In this document: in pieces, positions 26,501 to 40,186 of the stretch
Layout: every line of letters starts with the position of its first letter
Position numbering within the stretch: position 1 is the stretch's first letter
Source: the human T2T-CHM13v2.0 reference genome, Homo sapiens
NCBI RefSeq assembly: GCF_009914755.1
Contig: NC_060925.1
Direction: 5' to 3' (one strand)
Length of the DNA: 64,000 nucleotides
Made by a program: the position numbers and the translations under genes
The notes under the pieces: generated by a model
Database searches by the model: none
The model's input: only the letters and a program-made list of their open reading frames with translations
Told to the model about the DNA's origin: nothing

Positions 26501-26859
26501 TATAGCAGATTATCTTATTGTTTAAAATATTTGCTGCCCCTGCCTATGGGGCCTATGGAAGGAATTTGGCCATGGACTTGCATTGACCAATAGAAGGCAA
26601 ACATATGTCATATATGCTGAGCAGAAACTATTAAGACCCATCATGTGGTTTCATCTTTCTCATTTCCCTTGCTATGATGCTACCATATCCCAAATAGGGC
26701 CAGCTCCTTCAGTCTAGATTAAGAATGCAAAAGACATGAAGTAATCAGTGGCCAATTTACGGTGTACATGTAACATGAACAAATACAAATCTATTTTGTT
26801 ATTAGGATATGGGGATTATCCATTACTGTATCACAACCCGGCTAAAACTGACTGATACA
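26501..26859 (+). mobile_element. MLT1 (I/J-like) MaLR LTR
   Basis: ttggccatggacttgcattgaccaatagaa...ctgagcagaaac...acatgtaacatga...ctgactgataca. Confidence 0.75.
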
Positions 26860-27594
26860 ACTCCTTTGAGGATTATAAACACAGTCTTTGAAGCTAATGC
26901 ATGATGATATGAAAATCAGTGTTGATGATGTGACACGCAGTGTTTTCCAACAAAGTAAGAAAGTTCAGTATGCTGCCAGGCATCACAGATGCGCCACACG
27001 TGCATCGGGTACCAAGGGTGTTCTGTTCGTCAAAGTTCTGTTTGACAAAATAAAACTTTTATCATTTTGAAAATGTCATTAGCTACAGGAGTTTTCAAAA
27101 GGGGCCAACAAAATTAAACTTTAAAAATCTGTTTGGTGTGTACATAACACACAAAACAAGAGCTGACTGCACTGAAAGATACCAGGGATTCATAGAGTTG
27201 TATGCTGAAAGGAAATGGCATTTCTGTGAGTTTATTTATGACCTACTTCAATATATTGGAAGAAATGTCAGCAATTTGGAGGTTGGTAACGTAATTTAAC
27301 AGAAAAACAGCTTCAATTTTCTAACTCTACCACAAACCCCAAATCAGCCTGACCATTTCTAGGGCACACATCTGCTTTGCTTGGTAACAATAGCAGCAGC
27401 AACAATAAGTAATGACAAATGATCACATATAAGGAACCATGTTAATGTATCACTAGATATTAAACAGGGCATTACTTTACTGGTATATGTGTCCAATTTG
27501 AATAAACAAATTAGTATATGTGTCAAATTTGGATCCAGCAGGGCACTTCAAAACTTAAGTAATCATGACTCAACTCTAAATACTCAATTTTAAA

Positions 27595-27770
27595 GTAGTT
27601 TCTAAACTTCAGCATATTGACATTCCGGGCCAGATAATTCTTTTTTGAGGAACTCTTCTGTGTAGGATGTTTAGCAGTATCCCTGGCCTAACCCGTTAGA
27701 TGCCAGTAGCACCCCACATTTGTGACAACCAAAAATGTCTCTAGACATTGCCAAAAGTCCCTTGGGTGAC
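27595..27770 (-). mobile_element. MER20 hAT DNA transposon
   Basis: tattgacatt..gggccagataattc...ggatgtttagcagtatccctggcc...tagatgccagtagcaccc...tgtgacaaccaaaaatgtctctagacattgccaaa. Confidence 0.92.
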
Positions 27771-27974
27771 TTCGTGCTCTAAAGCTATGAATCTAGTGGG
27801 AAGAAATTAGAAACCAGAATACTACATAGAAAATATTTTTGAGTAGACAGGACTATTGATTCATCTAATTAGTTCAGGTAGTTAGCTGATCATTTTTCTT
27901 GTAATTCAAACAAACCCTTCCCCAATTCTTAGTAATAGCTGTTGATTGAGTGCCGATTGTGGACAGTAAACATA

Positions 27975-28200
27975 ATTTGCATAGTCAATATAGCTTGGAG
28001 ATTAAACACTCGGCTCTGTAGTCTGGGTTGCAATCCTGGCTCTGCCATCTGCTCTCTGTGTAACCTGGGGTATGTTTCTTTACCTCTCTGCCATTGTTCC
28101 TCAACTGTACAATGAAATAATGATAGCATGCATGAAATCATACAGGCATGTTGTGAGAATTTAATAAGTCAATGAACATAAGGTGCTTAGAACCAAGCTT
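27975..28200 (+). mobile_element. MIR SINE
   Basis: aatcctggctctgcca...ctgtgtaacctggg...ttcctcaactgtacaatg...gttgtgagaattt. Confidence 0.75.
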
Positions 28201-28715
28201 AGGGTATGGAAAACAGAGAATAGATGTTTCTTGTTATTCTTAAACCTTACAACAACCGTTCAAGTTAGGCAGCATTATCTGCATTTTATACATGTGGAAG
28301 CAAATATTCAGGGAAATCAAGTCCCAAATACACAACTGCTAAATCACTTGGTTAACAAGAAGAGGAATCAGATTCAAACTCCAAAACTGCCATGTTTCTC
28401 ACTACACGGCAGGCTTGGGTGGAAAACAGGTTAAACCTGGGAGAAAGAGTCCTCTTTTAGGGATAAAAATTGGGATTGTTCAGCTGGTGTGGTGTGTTTG
28501 CATGGGGTAGCACAAAGCCCCCGTGAACATGACTTTTACCACTATCTGTGTGAATTTGGCAAGCGTCTCGAACATCCTGGGGCTGTTTACTCATCTGCAA
28601 AATGGACACAAAAACACCTGCTCTGCGATCTTCACGGGTGGTGGTCAGAGTCATGTGAAAAGATGCAGGCAGTAGAGCGCTGTGAAACTCTAAAGTGCTC
28701 AGCAAATGTGAGGTA

Positions 28716-29008
28716 GGCTGGGTGCCCTGGTTCACGCCTTTAATCCCAGCACTTTGGGAAGCCGAGGCGGGCGAATCACTTGAGGTCAGGAGTTCCAGAT
28801 CAGCCAGGCCAACATGGTAAAACCCAATTTCCACTAAAAATACAAAAATTAGCCGGGCGTGGGGGTGCGTGCCTGTAATCCCTACTCGGGAGGCTGAGTC
28901 AGGAGAATTGCTTGAACCTGGGAGACGGAGGTTGCAGTGAGCAGAGTTCGCACCACTGCACTCCAGCCTGGGCGACAGAGAGAAACTCCATCTAAAAAAA
29001 AAAAAAAA
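28716..29008 (+). mobile_element. AluS
   Basis: Dimeric Alu with poly(A), inserted at the end of a MIR relic (28530-28715). Confidence 0.95.
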
Positions 29009-29269
29009 GGTAAGGTGGAAATATAAGCCTGGGCTCTCGGGTAGTCATGTCTAAGACCTTTCAATCCCTTAGTCATGTCTTGCTTCTCCCGCAAAAGCAA
29101 GTTTTTCTGTGGCCCCATGTCGCCATCCTGGCCTCAGGGGCAGCTGACCTTGCTGGGGAGGCACCATGTGCAAGTGGGCGGGGATGGGGGCTTCTCCCCT
29201 GGTTCCAGGGTGGGCAGACTGGGAGGTGACCCCAACATGGATGTGGCAGCTGCTGCTTATCTGTAGTTA

Positions 29270-29530
29270 GTCAACGGCCCAGACAGATGAGGTGTCCGTG
29301 GTGACCTTCCTGCCTCAGTGAGTGTGGGAACTCGGGGCTTCCCAGGGCGAAGGAGTGGGAACATAAACAAAATGGGCCCTGCCGGAGCTCGGGCATCGCA
29401 TCCTCCCTCAGCCCTGCCTGAACCTCGGAGGAGGCGCCCAGGAGATCATCCAGGCACCGCTGCCTAGGGCCGCGCAGGGAAGACGGCCAGGGCTCCAGGG
29501 TCCGCCTCAGTCACTGTCACCCCGCAACAT
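29270..29530. promoter_or_regulatory. GC-rich, CpG-retaining non-repeat patch (candidate enhancer/promoter)
   Basis: About 15 CpGs counted by eye in about 260 bp outside any Alu; forkhead-type ACATAAACAA at 29361 and again at 29752. Confidence 0.5.
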
Positions 29531-31581
29531 GATTCTGACTCCCCCAAAGGTGGGTGCTTCCTGCCAAAAGTCCCACCACCGGCACCCTTTGTTGTCAGAG
29601 GGCAGAGTCAGAAATATGTCATCCTGGTGGAAACTCTCCCTCCCTCCCTCTCCCCTCAGCAGATTTAGCCCTGGATTCCATGGACTGCTGCAGGGGTTAG
29701 TCTTCTGGAGAGAGCAGGGCCCCTGCATCTCTTTCTGACAAAAGACGGCAGACATAAACAAGGGGAAGTTTGAAAGAAAGAGAAACGGCTAATTCTCAGC
29801 AACCTTTCATATGTCTGCGGAAGGCTTGGCATCCATGGCCCAGCCTTCTTCAGGATGAGCACCTATGTCTGCTACTCTTTGCATCAAGTGACTTCTCCAT
29901 GCCTTTCTTGTGTCTTTTTTCTCGCTCCTTTCTGTTGCCTCCTTTATGTTTTCTCACTGCCTAGCTCTTCCCAATAGCACCACCCCGAGTGGTTCTAGGG
30001 CAAAATAGTAAAGCATTTTAAATTTGTTTTCATGACTTCCCACCCTTTTTTCAGTCTCGTTCCTTTCCATCTTTAAGGTGGCCAGCAGCTGCTCCGCACT
30101 TGACAAACGTGCTGGACACTGCTGCTGGGGAGACATCAGCCGGCAAGCAAGGGAAAGTTGCAGACTTCTCAGTGCTTACCTCCTAGCTGGGAAGACAAAT
30201 ATTGGACAACTATTCTCTAAAGGAGGCATGCAGAGTGCTGTGAGTGCCTGTCAGTAGGTGCAGACAGGGGCTCAGGGAGAGCATCCTGGAAGAAGAGATG
30301 TTTGGGTTGAGCCTGGAAGCGTGAATGTTGGGTGAAGTGTTGGGAAGAGAGGTGAAGACAGAGAATAAGACAGGGGAGAAGGAACACATTCTATGTGAAG
30401 GTGCTGAGGGAAGATAGAACATTTGAGGAACCAAAAATGAATTGTACAGCTGCCTGTGGTACATAGCCTGGGCCTCACCCTCTCCCCTGAGCACTTGACA
30501 ATGCACATAAGGTCCCTAAACACTTCTGCCTACTCACCCACCATAAAACCTGTCATGTTTGCTCTCCCTTTAAGGCTCTGTTTTTTTGCCTTCCATAATT
30601 GCGATCTCAACTGATAGTTTCCTAAGACAGATTTGGGGTCTGGAAACAGATTCTTAGCTGAATTCTACTACTTCACTGTGCAAACTTGAGGAAGTGAGGT
30701 ATATCATCAGTAATATGGGCTAATAACTGTGCTAGTAGTAACATTTCATGATTGTTTACACTGCATCAGCTTCCAGTGCTAAGCACTTTTGTCTTTTATT
30801 GTATGATTCTCACAAATCCTCATAAGGTAGGTAATGCTTTTATCCCTTTCTCCCTTCTCAAAGGATTCTTAGGAAGCCTAGGTGTGACACTAATTATAGA
30901 TGCACTTTGTAACCATTAAGGGTTAATGCAAAAAATGAAATATTATTGTGATGTTCAATAATAGTACCATGATGTTCAACAAGTACATATTTAATGAATA
31001 ACTGCATTTGTTGAATGCCATGACAGTTGTGGGCTATAATTAAATGAGTCTCAAAATATTTTGTGTCTGTCTCCTGAACAAACCAAATAAAAAGCAATAG
31101 AAGGAATGAAAAACGTTGTCATCACCAATTTGCTAATTGTATGCCATGCCGGACCACAGAAGAGAGAATTCCACAGATGTGACCCTGAGCCTCCAAAGTT
31201 TACAGTCTGATGACCACCACTACCTGGAATGCAGATACAGATAACAGAGTGAAAGCTCAGTATCAGTTGATACAACACTGGGTTGTATCAAGCTCATTTC
31301 CTACCAAGGGTAAGGATCTTTCAGGAGACCGAATGAGCAGGAAAAAATTCATGAACTTCTTTTAAAATTCAAGGTGGGGGCTGAAGCCAGAAGGTTCTAA
31401 GTCTCTTAGTATTCTCCTTAGTACATGTCTCTTCACTTTCTATCACCTTATCACAGCGTTTTTTTCACCCAACCCCAATTCTGGGGAATTATTTATACAT
31501 GATATATGCACTGTCATAATAATGACATATTCTTAAATTGTCAATTTCTGAAACCACGTATGTGTATCACAAACTAATATG

Positions 31582-31630
31582 AATGTGTGTGTGTGTGTGC
31601 GTGCACGCGCATATTTATGTGTGTGTGTAT
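31582..31630. repeat. (TG)n microsatellite, interrupted
   Basis: tgtgtgtgtgtgtgtgcgtgcacgcgc...tgtgtgtgtg. Confidence 0.9.
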
Positions 31631-32442
31631 GAGTGGCTTCCTACACTTACACTCCCCTACTTGAAGAGAAGTGGTACCGGCTCCCCCTGAAATCAGCCAA
31701 TGTGGGAGGAGTACTGACACCAAAAACAAAGGAAATGAAATAGGATAACTGTGGTTTGAGGCTCACAGGTCAGATGAGAGGCAATGAATGAGAAAGTCAA
31801 TGAGCTGAAAATGACTTAAGTACAGGCACCTCCTAGGAATTATACCCCTAATAAATGATTGTATTGAACATTTGTTTAAACTGATGTAAAGTACTTTGAA
31901 GGTTAACATCCTTTCCCTCCCTCACAATATTAAGTAGTGTAGCTTGGAGGTTGAAAGCAGATTCTGGGTTCAAATCCAGGTTCTGTCAGATTCTACCACT
32001 TACCAGCTAAATGACGTTGGACAAGTCACAATATCTCTAAGCCCTTATTTCTTTACTTGTAATGTGGGAGTACAATCTGCCCCCATGAAGCTCTTAAAAG
32101 GATACAGAAAAATAAAATGTGACAAACGTCTTGCATTCAAATGACTACTTGATGGTATTTTATAGGTGACAAAATAGATGCCCAGAGAAGTTAATCTCCT
32201 TTCTTGGGTCCCCCCGAGTGTTAACAGCAGTGCAGGGAAGGAGTCAAGCATCCTGTCTCTGGCCCATGGCTTTTTTATCCATGTGGAGCACCAGTCCCAC
32301 ACAGAAATCATGTTTAGGCTACAAGTGATTTTTCATATATATCTTCTTTAATTTGCATTTGTCTGCCAAATCCACACATTAGCAAGCTCAAAACTCCAAT
32401 GGAAAGGCGTATATAGGATCTTCTGGAAAATTAGATCTGGAA

Positions 32443-32567
32443 TGACCCTAGCAGACCCAAAGAACTATGTGTGAGAAAAAACACAATACCCTGTTACACC
32501 CCCTTCAATTGTGGGCAGGTAGATTATTTACTTTGTGGGTTGATGTAACACAATTTTTAATCCCATG
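32443..32567 (+). repeat. Copy A of a diverged direct duplication (partner 36018-36136)
   Basis: Core 32500-32567 aligns to 36070-36136 at 56/68 positions by hand. Confidence 0.85.
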
Positions 32568-33392
32568 TTGGCTACGCTCTGCCACTTCCCCCCACCGTTA
32601 GTGGGTGTGTGCTCAGGCAGTGTAAACTCAGGAAGGTAATGCAAAACCAGGAAAGTAAATCTGCTTCTTATACCTCTCACCCCACATCAGCCTCCTCCTC
32701 TCTTTTTACTTCATTCTCTTCAGCTTTAAAAAAACAGAGGTAAATGTATTTTCAGTTGTCTTTGGCACAGCCCTGTTTTGGAAATCATAGACAGCCAGCT
32801 GGACCAGGAGTCAGGAAGCCAGGGGCTCTCATCTGGATCTGACATTGGTTAACTGTGGGCCTTCAGGAAAGTTAGATCAGTCCTCCAGGCTTTTGTTCCT
32901 TTTCTGTACAATGAAAAGAAGACTAGAGTATTTATGAAGTGCTTACTGTGCACCATGTGACATCAATTGTATTACTTTATTTAATCCATAAGAGAAAGAA
33001 CTCTACTAGCTAGGAATATAGATCTGTAGTATTCAAATTTAAAAATGCTCAAGTTGCCCAAGGCCACAGAGGTGGCAAAGAGGAAGCTGAGTTGGACTTT
33101 GAACCTAGGACCATCAGATTCCAAATTTTATGCTTGAATGAGTTATCCAGTACAATCTATAATTTTCTTTTCTGTTCTAATATTATGCTGTTATGTGAGC
33201 ACCACTCATCAATATTTAGTTGGCTTAGTTTATTACAGTGAGTCATTCTTCCATGCCTTGGGGTCTTACTCTATATAGGCAGAAGCCCTGACTAAATTTA
33301 CTACATCCCTTATTTAGTCAGCTAATACATTAGTTGTACACTCTGATATTGTAAGTAGTGGTTTTATTGCCATTAGTGAAAATTAGTGAGCC

Positions 33393-33705
33393 ACCAGGTG
33401 TGGTGGCTCACATCTGTAATCCCAGAACTATGTGAGGCCGAGGCAGGAGGATCACTTGAGCCAAGAGTTCGAGACCATCCTGGGCAACATGGTAAGACCC
33501 CATCTCTACAAAAAAATACAGAAATTAGCTGGATGTGGTGGTGCATGCTTGTAGTCCCAGCTACTTGGGAGGCTGAGGTGGGAGCATCACTTGAGCCCAG
33601 CAGACTGAGGTTGCAGTGAGCCAAGATCCATGCCACTGCACTCTGGCCTGAGTGACAGTGCCAGACCCTGCCTTAAAATACATACATACATACATATATA
33701 CATAA
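33393..33705 (+). mobile_element. AluJ with (TACA)n tail
   Basis: ggaggatcacttgagcc...ctgggcaacatggtaagacccc. Confidence 0.92.
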
Positions 33706-34277
33706 AGTAATGCTTGCCTTCATCTGATATGCTTCTTCCAATAAGAAAAAACTTTTCTTGGAAACTCTTCCCCTATCCTTCTTTGGAAACTTTACATAAT
33801 TGACTTTACCTTCTATTATTTAGATTGTTTATTGACAAACCAAAATTATTTGATGTGTATGTCTAACCCATATAGAATCAGGGCATAATATGAAGGGTAC
33901 TTGGTTCCTGCAAGGGTGTTTGCACAGGAATACTGGACATGAGACTACCAGCTATTCAGCATTACAGTGGAGATTTGTCCTCTTATTGTCAGGTGCCTCT
34001 CAAGTTGGACTCACATAAGAACTAAATATGTCTCAGCTATAACTTCACTACATAATGGTTGGAAGAGGAGTGCACTGGAGTGCACCCCACTCTGTGGAGG
34101 AGAGACAGGAATACTTAATATTTCTTCTGTAGTCAACCAGGTATATCATTGAGCCTAATTCTTCACATTGCAGTTATATTCTCTAAAAGTAAATATGATG
34201 CTTATTTTAGTTGCTATTGCATCCTTAGGCTAGCCCAGTGCCTAGCACATAGTAGGTGCTCAATAAATATGTGTTAA

Positions 34278-34554
34278 GGCCGGGCGCAGTGGCTCACTCC
34301 TATAGTCCCAGCACTTTCACACAAGGTCAGGAGATTGAGACCATCCTGGCTAACACGGTGAAACGCCATCTCTACTAAAAATACAAAAAATTAGCTAGGC
34401 ATGGTGGCGGGTGCCTGTAGTCCCAGCTACTGGGGAGGCTGAGGCAGGAGAATGGCGTGAACCCAGGGGAGGCAAAGCTTACAGTGAGCCGAGATCGTGC
34501 CACTGCACTCCAGCCTGGGCGACAGAGCGAGACTCCGTCTCAAATAAAGAAATA
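34278..34554 (+). mobile_element. AluY with left-arm internal deletion
   Basis: Perfect 16-bp TSD aataaatatgtgttaa; inserted in an L2 3' tail. Confidence 0.95.
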
Positions 34555-35769
34555 AATAAATATGTGTTAAATAAATGAACAGGACAAGACAAACCAATAG
34601 GGAAGATAATTAGGAGCACCTGGACCTGGGTTAAATGTTGGTTAGCAATTTCAATCTGCCTAAATCTTGTGATATGAGCTCCTTAAGAGCAATGACTCTT
34701 TTACTCATCTTTGTATTCCCTAGGATTTAGCCTTCATAATAGGGGCTCAAAAATTTCCATGGGATTAAATCATCTTATAGTAAAATTATTTTAGAAGATA
34801 ACATAGTGGAGGGATGCGAGAAATTCAAGTGATTTGAGAGTGATAATGATAAGGACGATAACAATCACATAATCATACAAGGTAACAGTGGAAGACAAGA
34901 GTGCTCTTTGAAAGGAGTGATGCTGTTGTTGGTGAAACTGGATCAGAAGTTGTCCAGGTAGGGGTTGTGATGTCCTCTTTCTGCTGTTTCCGTGAGTGCC
35001 AAAAGTAGAGTCAATTTATATTGATACTTTAGAGAAAGTGATTCCCTAACATTCCTCTCAGTTTTGCCCTCATCATCCCCTAATAGCCCTAAGGCCAAAA
35101 TACCATAGTTATCACTGATCAGTTGTTGATTTTCCCCTCTGTTCTCATACAGAGTCACTTCCTTGGTACATGAGACCTAAGATGAATTCCAACATCTTCC
35201 CTTCCTGGACCCAGTACTGCATCCCTCTTTCTCTCCAATGACAGCATCTCTCCAAAGGGTGGAAGGCATTTTCACTGCACCCAGGACTCCTTTCACTGCC
35301 CCATCCTCTTAAAGACAGCCATGCTCAGTGATCCCAAGCTGATTTTCTGTTATATACTGTGATGCCATAACTGATTACTTCTTCTATTAAAGAAAATAAA
35401 GATATACATTTTAATTTTAGTGAAACATCCCCTGTGGTTAAGAGGACATCCTGTTATATAAGAAGCCCAGGAGTGGGAGAACAGAGGATTGAGTGACGCT
35501 TCATAGATTTCTGGTTGTGGGGTCAACTTAGAGACTGACTCAAAATTGACGTAAATAGGAATAAAGTAATGGCTTTGAAGGGGAATGAGTAAGCTGGTTT
35601 AAAGTCTACAGGGAGCAATATCCTACATAGATGAATAAGACAAACAAGAAATATTCTTGAATGGAGCAAGAATGTGGGAAACATTTAAATGAGAAAACAG
35701 AGATGAAATAAAGAAATGCAGAGAGCTTTGAAGTCCACATAGAAGACTTTAGAAGATAGTAATAACTAA

Positions 35770-35970
35770 CATTATCCACCTAGCACTCATCTAAGCTCTT
35801 TAGATATATCACTTTACGTAATCTTCACAAGTCTATGAGGTAGATACTAGTATTTTTCCCATTTAACAGATTAGGAAACCAAGGCACAAAATGATGGAGT
35901 GCCTTACCCAAAGCCACATAGCAACTAAGTGGTGAAGACAGTTGAAATTTGAAGCATAAGCTCTATTCTA
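35770..35970 (-). mobile_element. MIR SINE
   Basis: cccatttaacagattaggaaaccaaggcaca...cccaaagccacatagc. Confidence 0.78.
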
Positions 35971-36017
35971 TACTAGAATTCATTTGTCACTAACTGTGCT
36001 AGACAGTATGCTGAATC

Positions 36018-36649
<632 letters not shown>

Positions 36650-38635
36650 TGAAAGTGGTTTAGAGGAGGTCAATGGCTTAAGCAAGGTCACAGATCAAGT
36701 TTTAGCAACATTTGGCTTAAATCGGGATCAATAACCTCTGACTGTCCAGCCTGATCCTTACAGGGTCTGCCTGTCCTGGGGCCTGGGCCACATTCCAAAT
36801 TGGGTCATCTGGTGCATGCTGCCTGTCTGAAATTCCCCTTGTGGTTTTGCTCACATCTGGTGTTTTTCACTTCTCTTTCTAAACACGTGCTTTGATCCTA
36901 TTGCTGCTACAGCAGAAAGATGTCCATGGTTCCAAGGAGCATAGCTAATTTAGTGAGAGGTGAAAGATACTCCTCTCAACAGGACTTCTAAAAATAAACA
37001 GTATCATAGCCTCACAATGTCATGCTTGAAGCACTTCCCACAAAACCCCCAATTTAGTAACTTCTACAGTATCTCTCTACAGCCCCAAAACCTCTAACAT
37101 GCCTGGACTTCTAGCCCCTCTTCTCAAATCCTCAACCCATTTGAAGTCTTCCTCATGTTGTTCTTCCTTTTAGTCACTCTTGAAGTAGACTGCAAGGGTG
37201 ACAAATGGTTAAATGCTTTCCATAAGAGCTCTGTAGTCGTGTTTCTCCATCAGCTCACACACACTAAGCTGGGAGCTACGTATATTTACTTCCATAAAAC
37301 CTTATCTACCAGCTTTCCTGTTTTATTTATTTTAGCAAACTTTGTTCCTCATTTCTGCCCCTACTTTATTTTAGTAAGTCTGTTTCTTAATTATAAAAGT
37401 ATTTTCTTATTACCTTAAAATTTTTAGGTAAATAGAGAAGAATTTAAAAAATCCACAATTCCAGCACTTTACCATAGTCATTATTCATTTTTTGCTTTGT
37501 TTTCTTCCAGTTTTATTTTTCTCGTATGTGTGTATGTCTTTTTGATTGTCTATTTGCTCAGTCTTTTTTTTAAATAGAATCATAATTTACATGCAATTTT
37601 TGTGTCCCCTTCTTTCACTATTTAATATTATAAATGTTTCCCATGTTGCTACATAATCTTGCAGATAAAAAATTAGGAATGAAAATAGATATAGATTTTG
37701 ACAAAGTAAATGGGAAAGGCCTTCACTGACCTCCCATAAAGCAATAGATTGTGAATATCATTTGCAGGACCCAATTCTTCTCTGAGTTGCTGGGATTTGG
37801 AATTAAGATAAAGAAGACATAAGTGAGTAGAAAGAGGCAAAACAGCCCAATGTTTTTGGAGACCAAAGATTAATATGAAGTCACAGATGGCTAAATTTAA
37901 GATTCAAGACAATTAACCTGCCCTACTGAGTAAGTCAGAGTCAAGGATACCCAAACAGTCCCCAGAAAAGAACAACTTATCACAGATAAGGCCAGAAGGA
38001 GGGCTGTTTGGGAAACATTCCTCCTGGGGAAAGAACACCTTCCCATGGGCTGTGGAAAATGATAAGTAAGTTACATTGTCCACTCCCATTTCCAGAGGGG
38101 TTTCAGAGAAGAAATGAGGAGGCAAGGCATTCTTCCTGTAGGAGGGGATTGTTGGGCTTCTTGGCTATGCTTTCTATTCTCTTGGTTCCTTTTTCCTTTT
38201 CAGTTGCCCCATTGGACCCCAACCCAAACTAAGAAATGTTACCCCAATGGGTTAAGTTGTCCTTACATAGCCAACATTCTTCAATCAAACTTTCACCCTC
38301 TCTTACCTTTCTTTGCTGACCTTCCCAAACCCAAGACATCCAGCTAGCTCCCCTGTGCCATCTCATCTCTGCACATCCACACTTACCACACAGGGAGGCC
38401 AGTGCTGAGCAGCATCCGCATGCCTGCTTAGCAGCAACACTGAAGCCTGATGATGAATAGAGGTACAGAGGTCTGTCCAGGTTTACTTCTTTGGAGCTGC
38501 TCTCCCTATTCTAGGAAGACCCACTGACCTATTATTTGTGTCAGGCACTTTATTCCTCACAACAATGCTGGAAGATTGGTATAACTATTCTCAAATTACA
38601 GATGAGGAAACTGAGGTCTGGGGATCTGTCTGTGT

Positions 38636-38945
38636 CGGAGATCCCCAACCCCCGGGGCATGGACAGGTACTAGTCCATGGCCTGTTAAGAACCAGGCCAT
38701 ATACCCCCTGAACTCCACCTCCTGGTCAGATCTGTGGAAGCATTAGATTCTCATAGGAGCACAAACCCTATTGTGAAGTGTGCATGGAAGGGATCTAGGA
38801 TGCATGCTCCTTATGAGAATCTAATGCCTGATGATCTGCAGTGGAACAGTTTCATCCTGAAACCATCCCCACTGCTGCCCCACCTGTGGAAAAAATAGTC
38901 TTCCACAAAACAGGTCCCTGGTACCAAAAAGGTTGGGGACCGCTG
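38636..38945 (+). mobile_element. MER1B hAT-Charlie DNA transposon
   Basis: tccccaaccccc...gcattagattctcataggagc...gctccttatgagaatctaatgc...aaggttggggaccgctg; 8-bp TSD gtctgtgt/gtctatgt. Confidence 0.93.
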
Positions 38946-39192
38946 GTCTATGTAATAATGCATAATATTGTAGAGGTAAGATAACTGAGAAAATACCCAA
39001 AGGTGCAGAGAAAAGTACAAAGCAAAATTACTCAGCATCCATTATCCCCAAAGAAGTATTGATAACTTTTAAAATATATTGCCTTTCATTGTTTCTATGT
39101 GTTCATCTATGTATATGTGTATGTGCGTATGCAAGATGATAACCCCTAATACATGAGTTTATTTTGCTTTACAAGATCAGGATTCTGTTATT

Positions 39193-39662
39193 TCTATGAG
39201 CTTGCTAGTACTTCCATAACAAGGTACCACAACTGAGTGGCTTAAATAACAGCAATTTGCTGTCTCACAGTTCTGGAGGTTAGAAGTCTGAGATCAAGGT
39301 GTTGGCAAATTGGTTCTTAGTGATGACTGTGAGAAAGAATATGTCCCAGGCCTCTCTCCTGTCTTCTGCTGTTTTTCTGGAAGTCTTTGGTGTTTCTCAG
39401 CTTCTGCTGCATCACCCCAATCTCTGCCTTCCTCTCCACATGGCAGTATCCTTGGTGCATGTCTGTCTCTCCACATGGCATTCTTTTAATAAGGATAATA
39501 GTCATTTTGAATTAAGTTCCCTCCTACTTCATTATGACCTCATCTTAACTTGATTGATTATACCTACAACAACCTTATTTCCAAATAAGGTCACCTTCCG
39601 AGGTAACGGGGGTTAGGACTCCAACATATCAATTTTGGGAGGACACAATTCAACCCATAACA
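39193..39662 (-). mobile_element. MLT1C-like MaLR LTR
   Basis: ccataacaaggtaccacaact..gtggcttaaa..tctcacagttctggagg...tatttccaaataaggtcac...acacaattcaacccataaca. Confidence 0.92.
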
Positions 39663-40186
39663 ACTATTTGTACAATATTGCATCTTATTTTTTTTCTACT
39701 TACCATTCTATGTTGACATTTTTGTCAGGGGAAAGGGCTGGCACATGCATATGTGGGCAGGGAGAGAAGGCCCAAGGGGAGCAGCACAGTGGGGAGCAAC
39801 CCACAGCCTTGGGGAAGGCACGGCAGGAGAAGAGCATGGAGAAAGGGGCAGGGGAGCTGTCAGAGCATTGACCATCACCGTGGTTTTCCTGGTTCACAGG
39901 CTTCCTGAGGGCTCCTCAGAAACATGTGTTAGAAAAGAAAAGCTTTCCGGTCTGTCCAGTCTCCTCCATGACCACAGTTTCTCACCCACATACCATTGTC
40001 TGGCTTGGAATGGATCCTGGAAGGAGGACTCAAGAGAAACCATAGAAACAGACAACAGGAAGTAAGTGTGAGGGAAGTTTTGGACGGTGAAAGTATTAGA
40101 TTTGTCAACTGGGAAGCAGTATAATATTATAATTAAGCCCTACATAGAGTCAAACAAATGTTTTCAAATCCTACCTCTGACACTCA

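Noticed and set aside
27483-27531. 18-bp direct repeat with 13-bp spacer (gtatatgtgtc.aatttg)
   Set aside because: Only two copies; ordinary local duplication, not an array. CRISPR is not applicable to this primate DNA.
30078-30098. CTCF-like tggccagcag...
   Set aside because: The 3' half lacks the G-rich GGNGGC core.
38740-38828. Long hairpin gcattagattctcata...tatgagaatctaatgc
   Set aside because: Intrinsic internal inverted repeat of MER1B.
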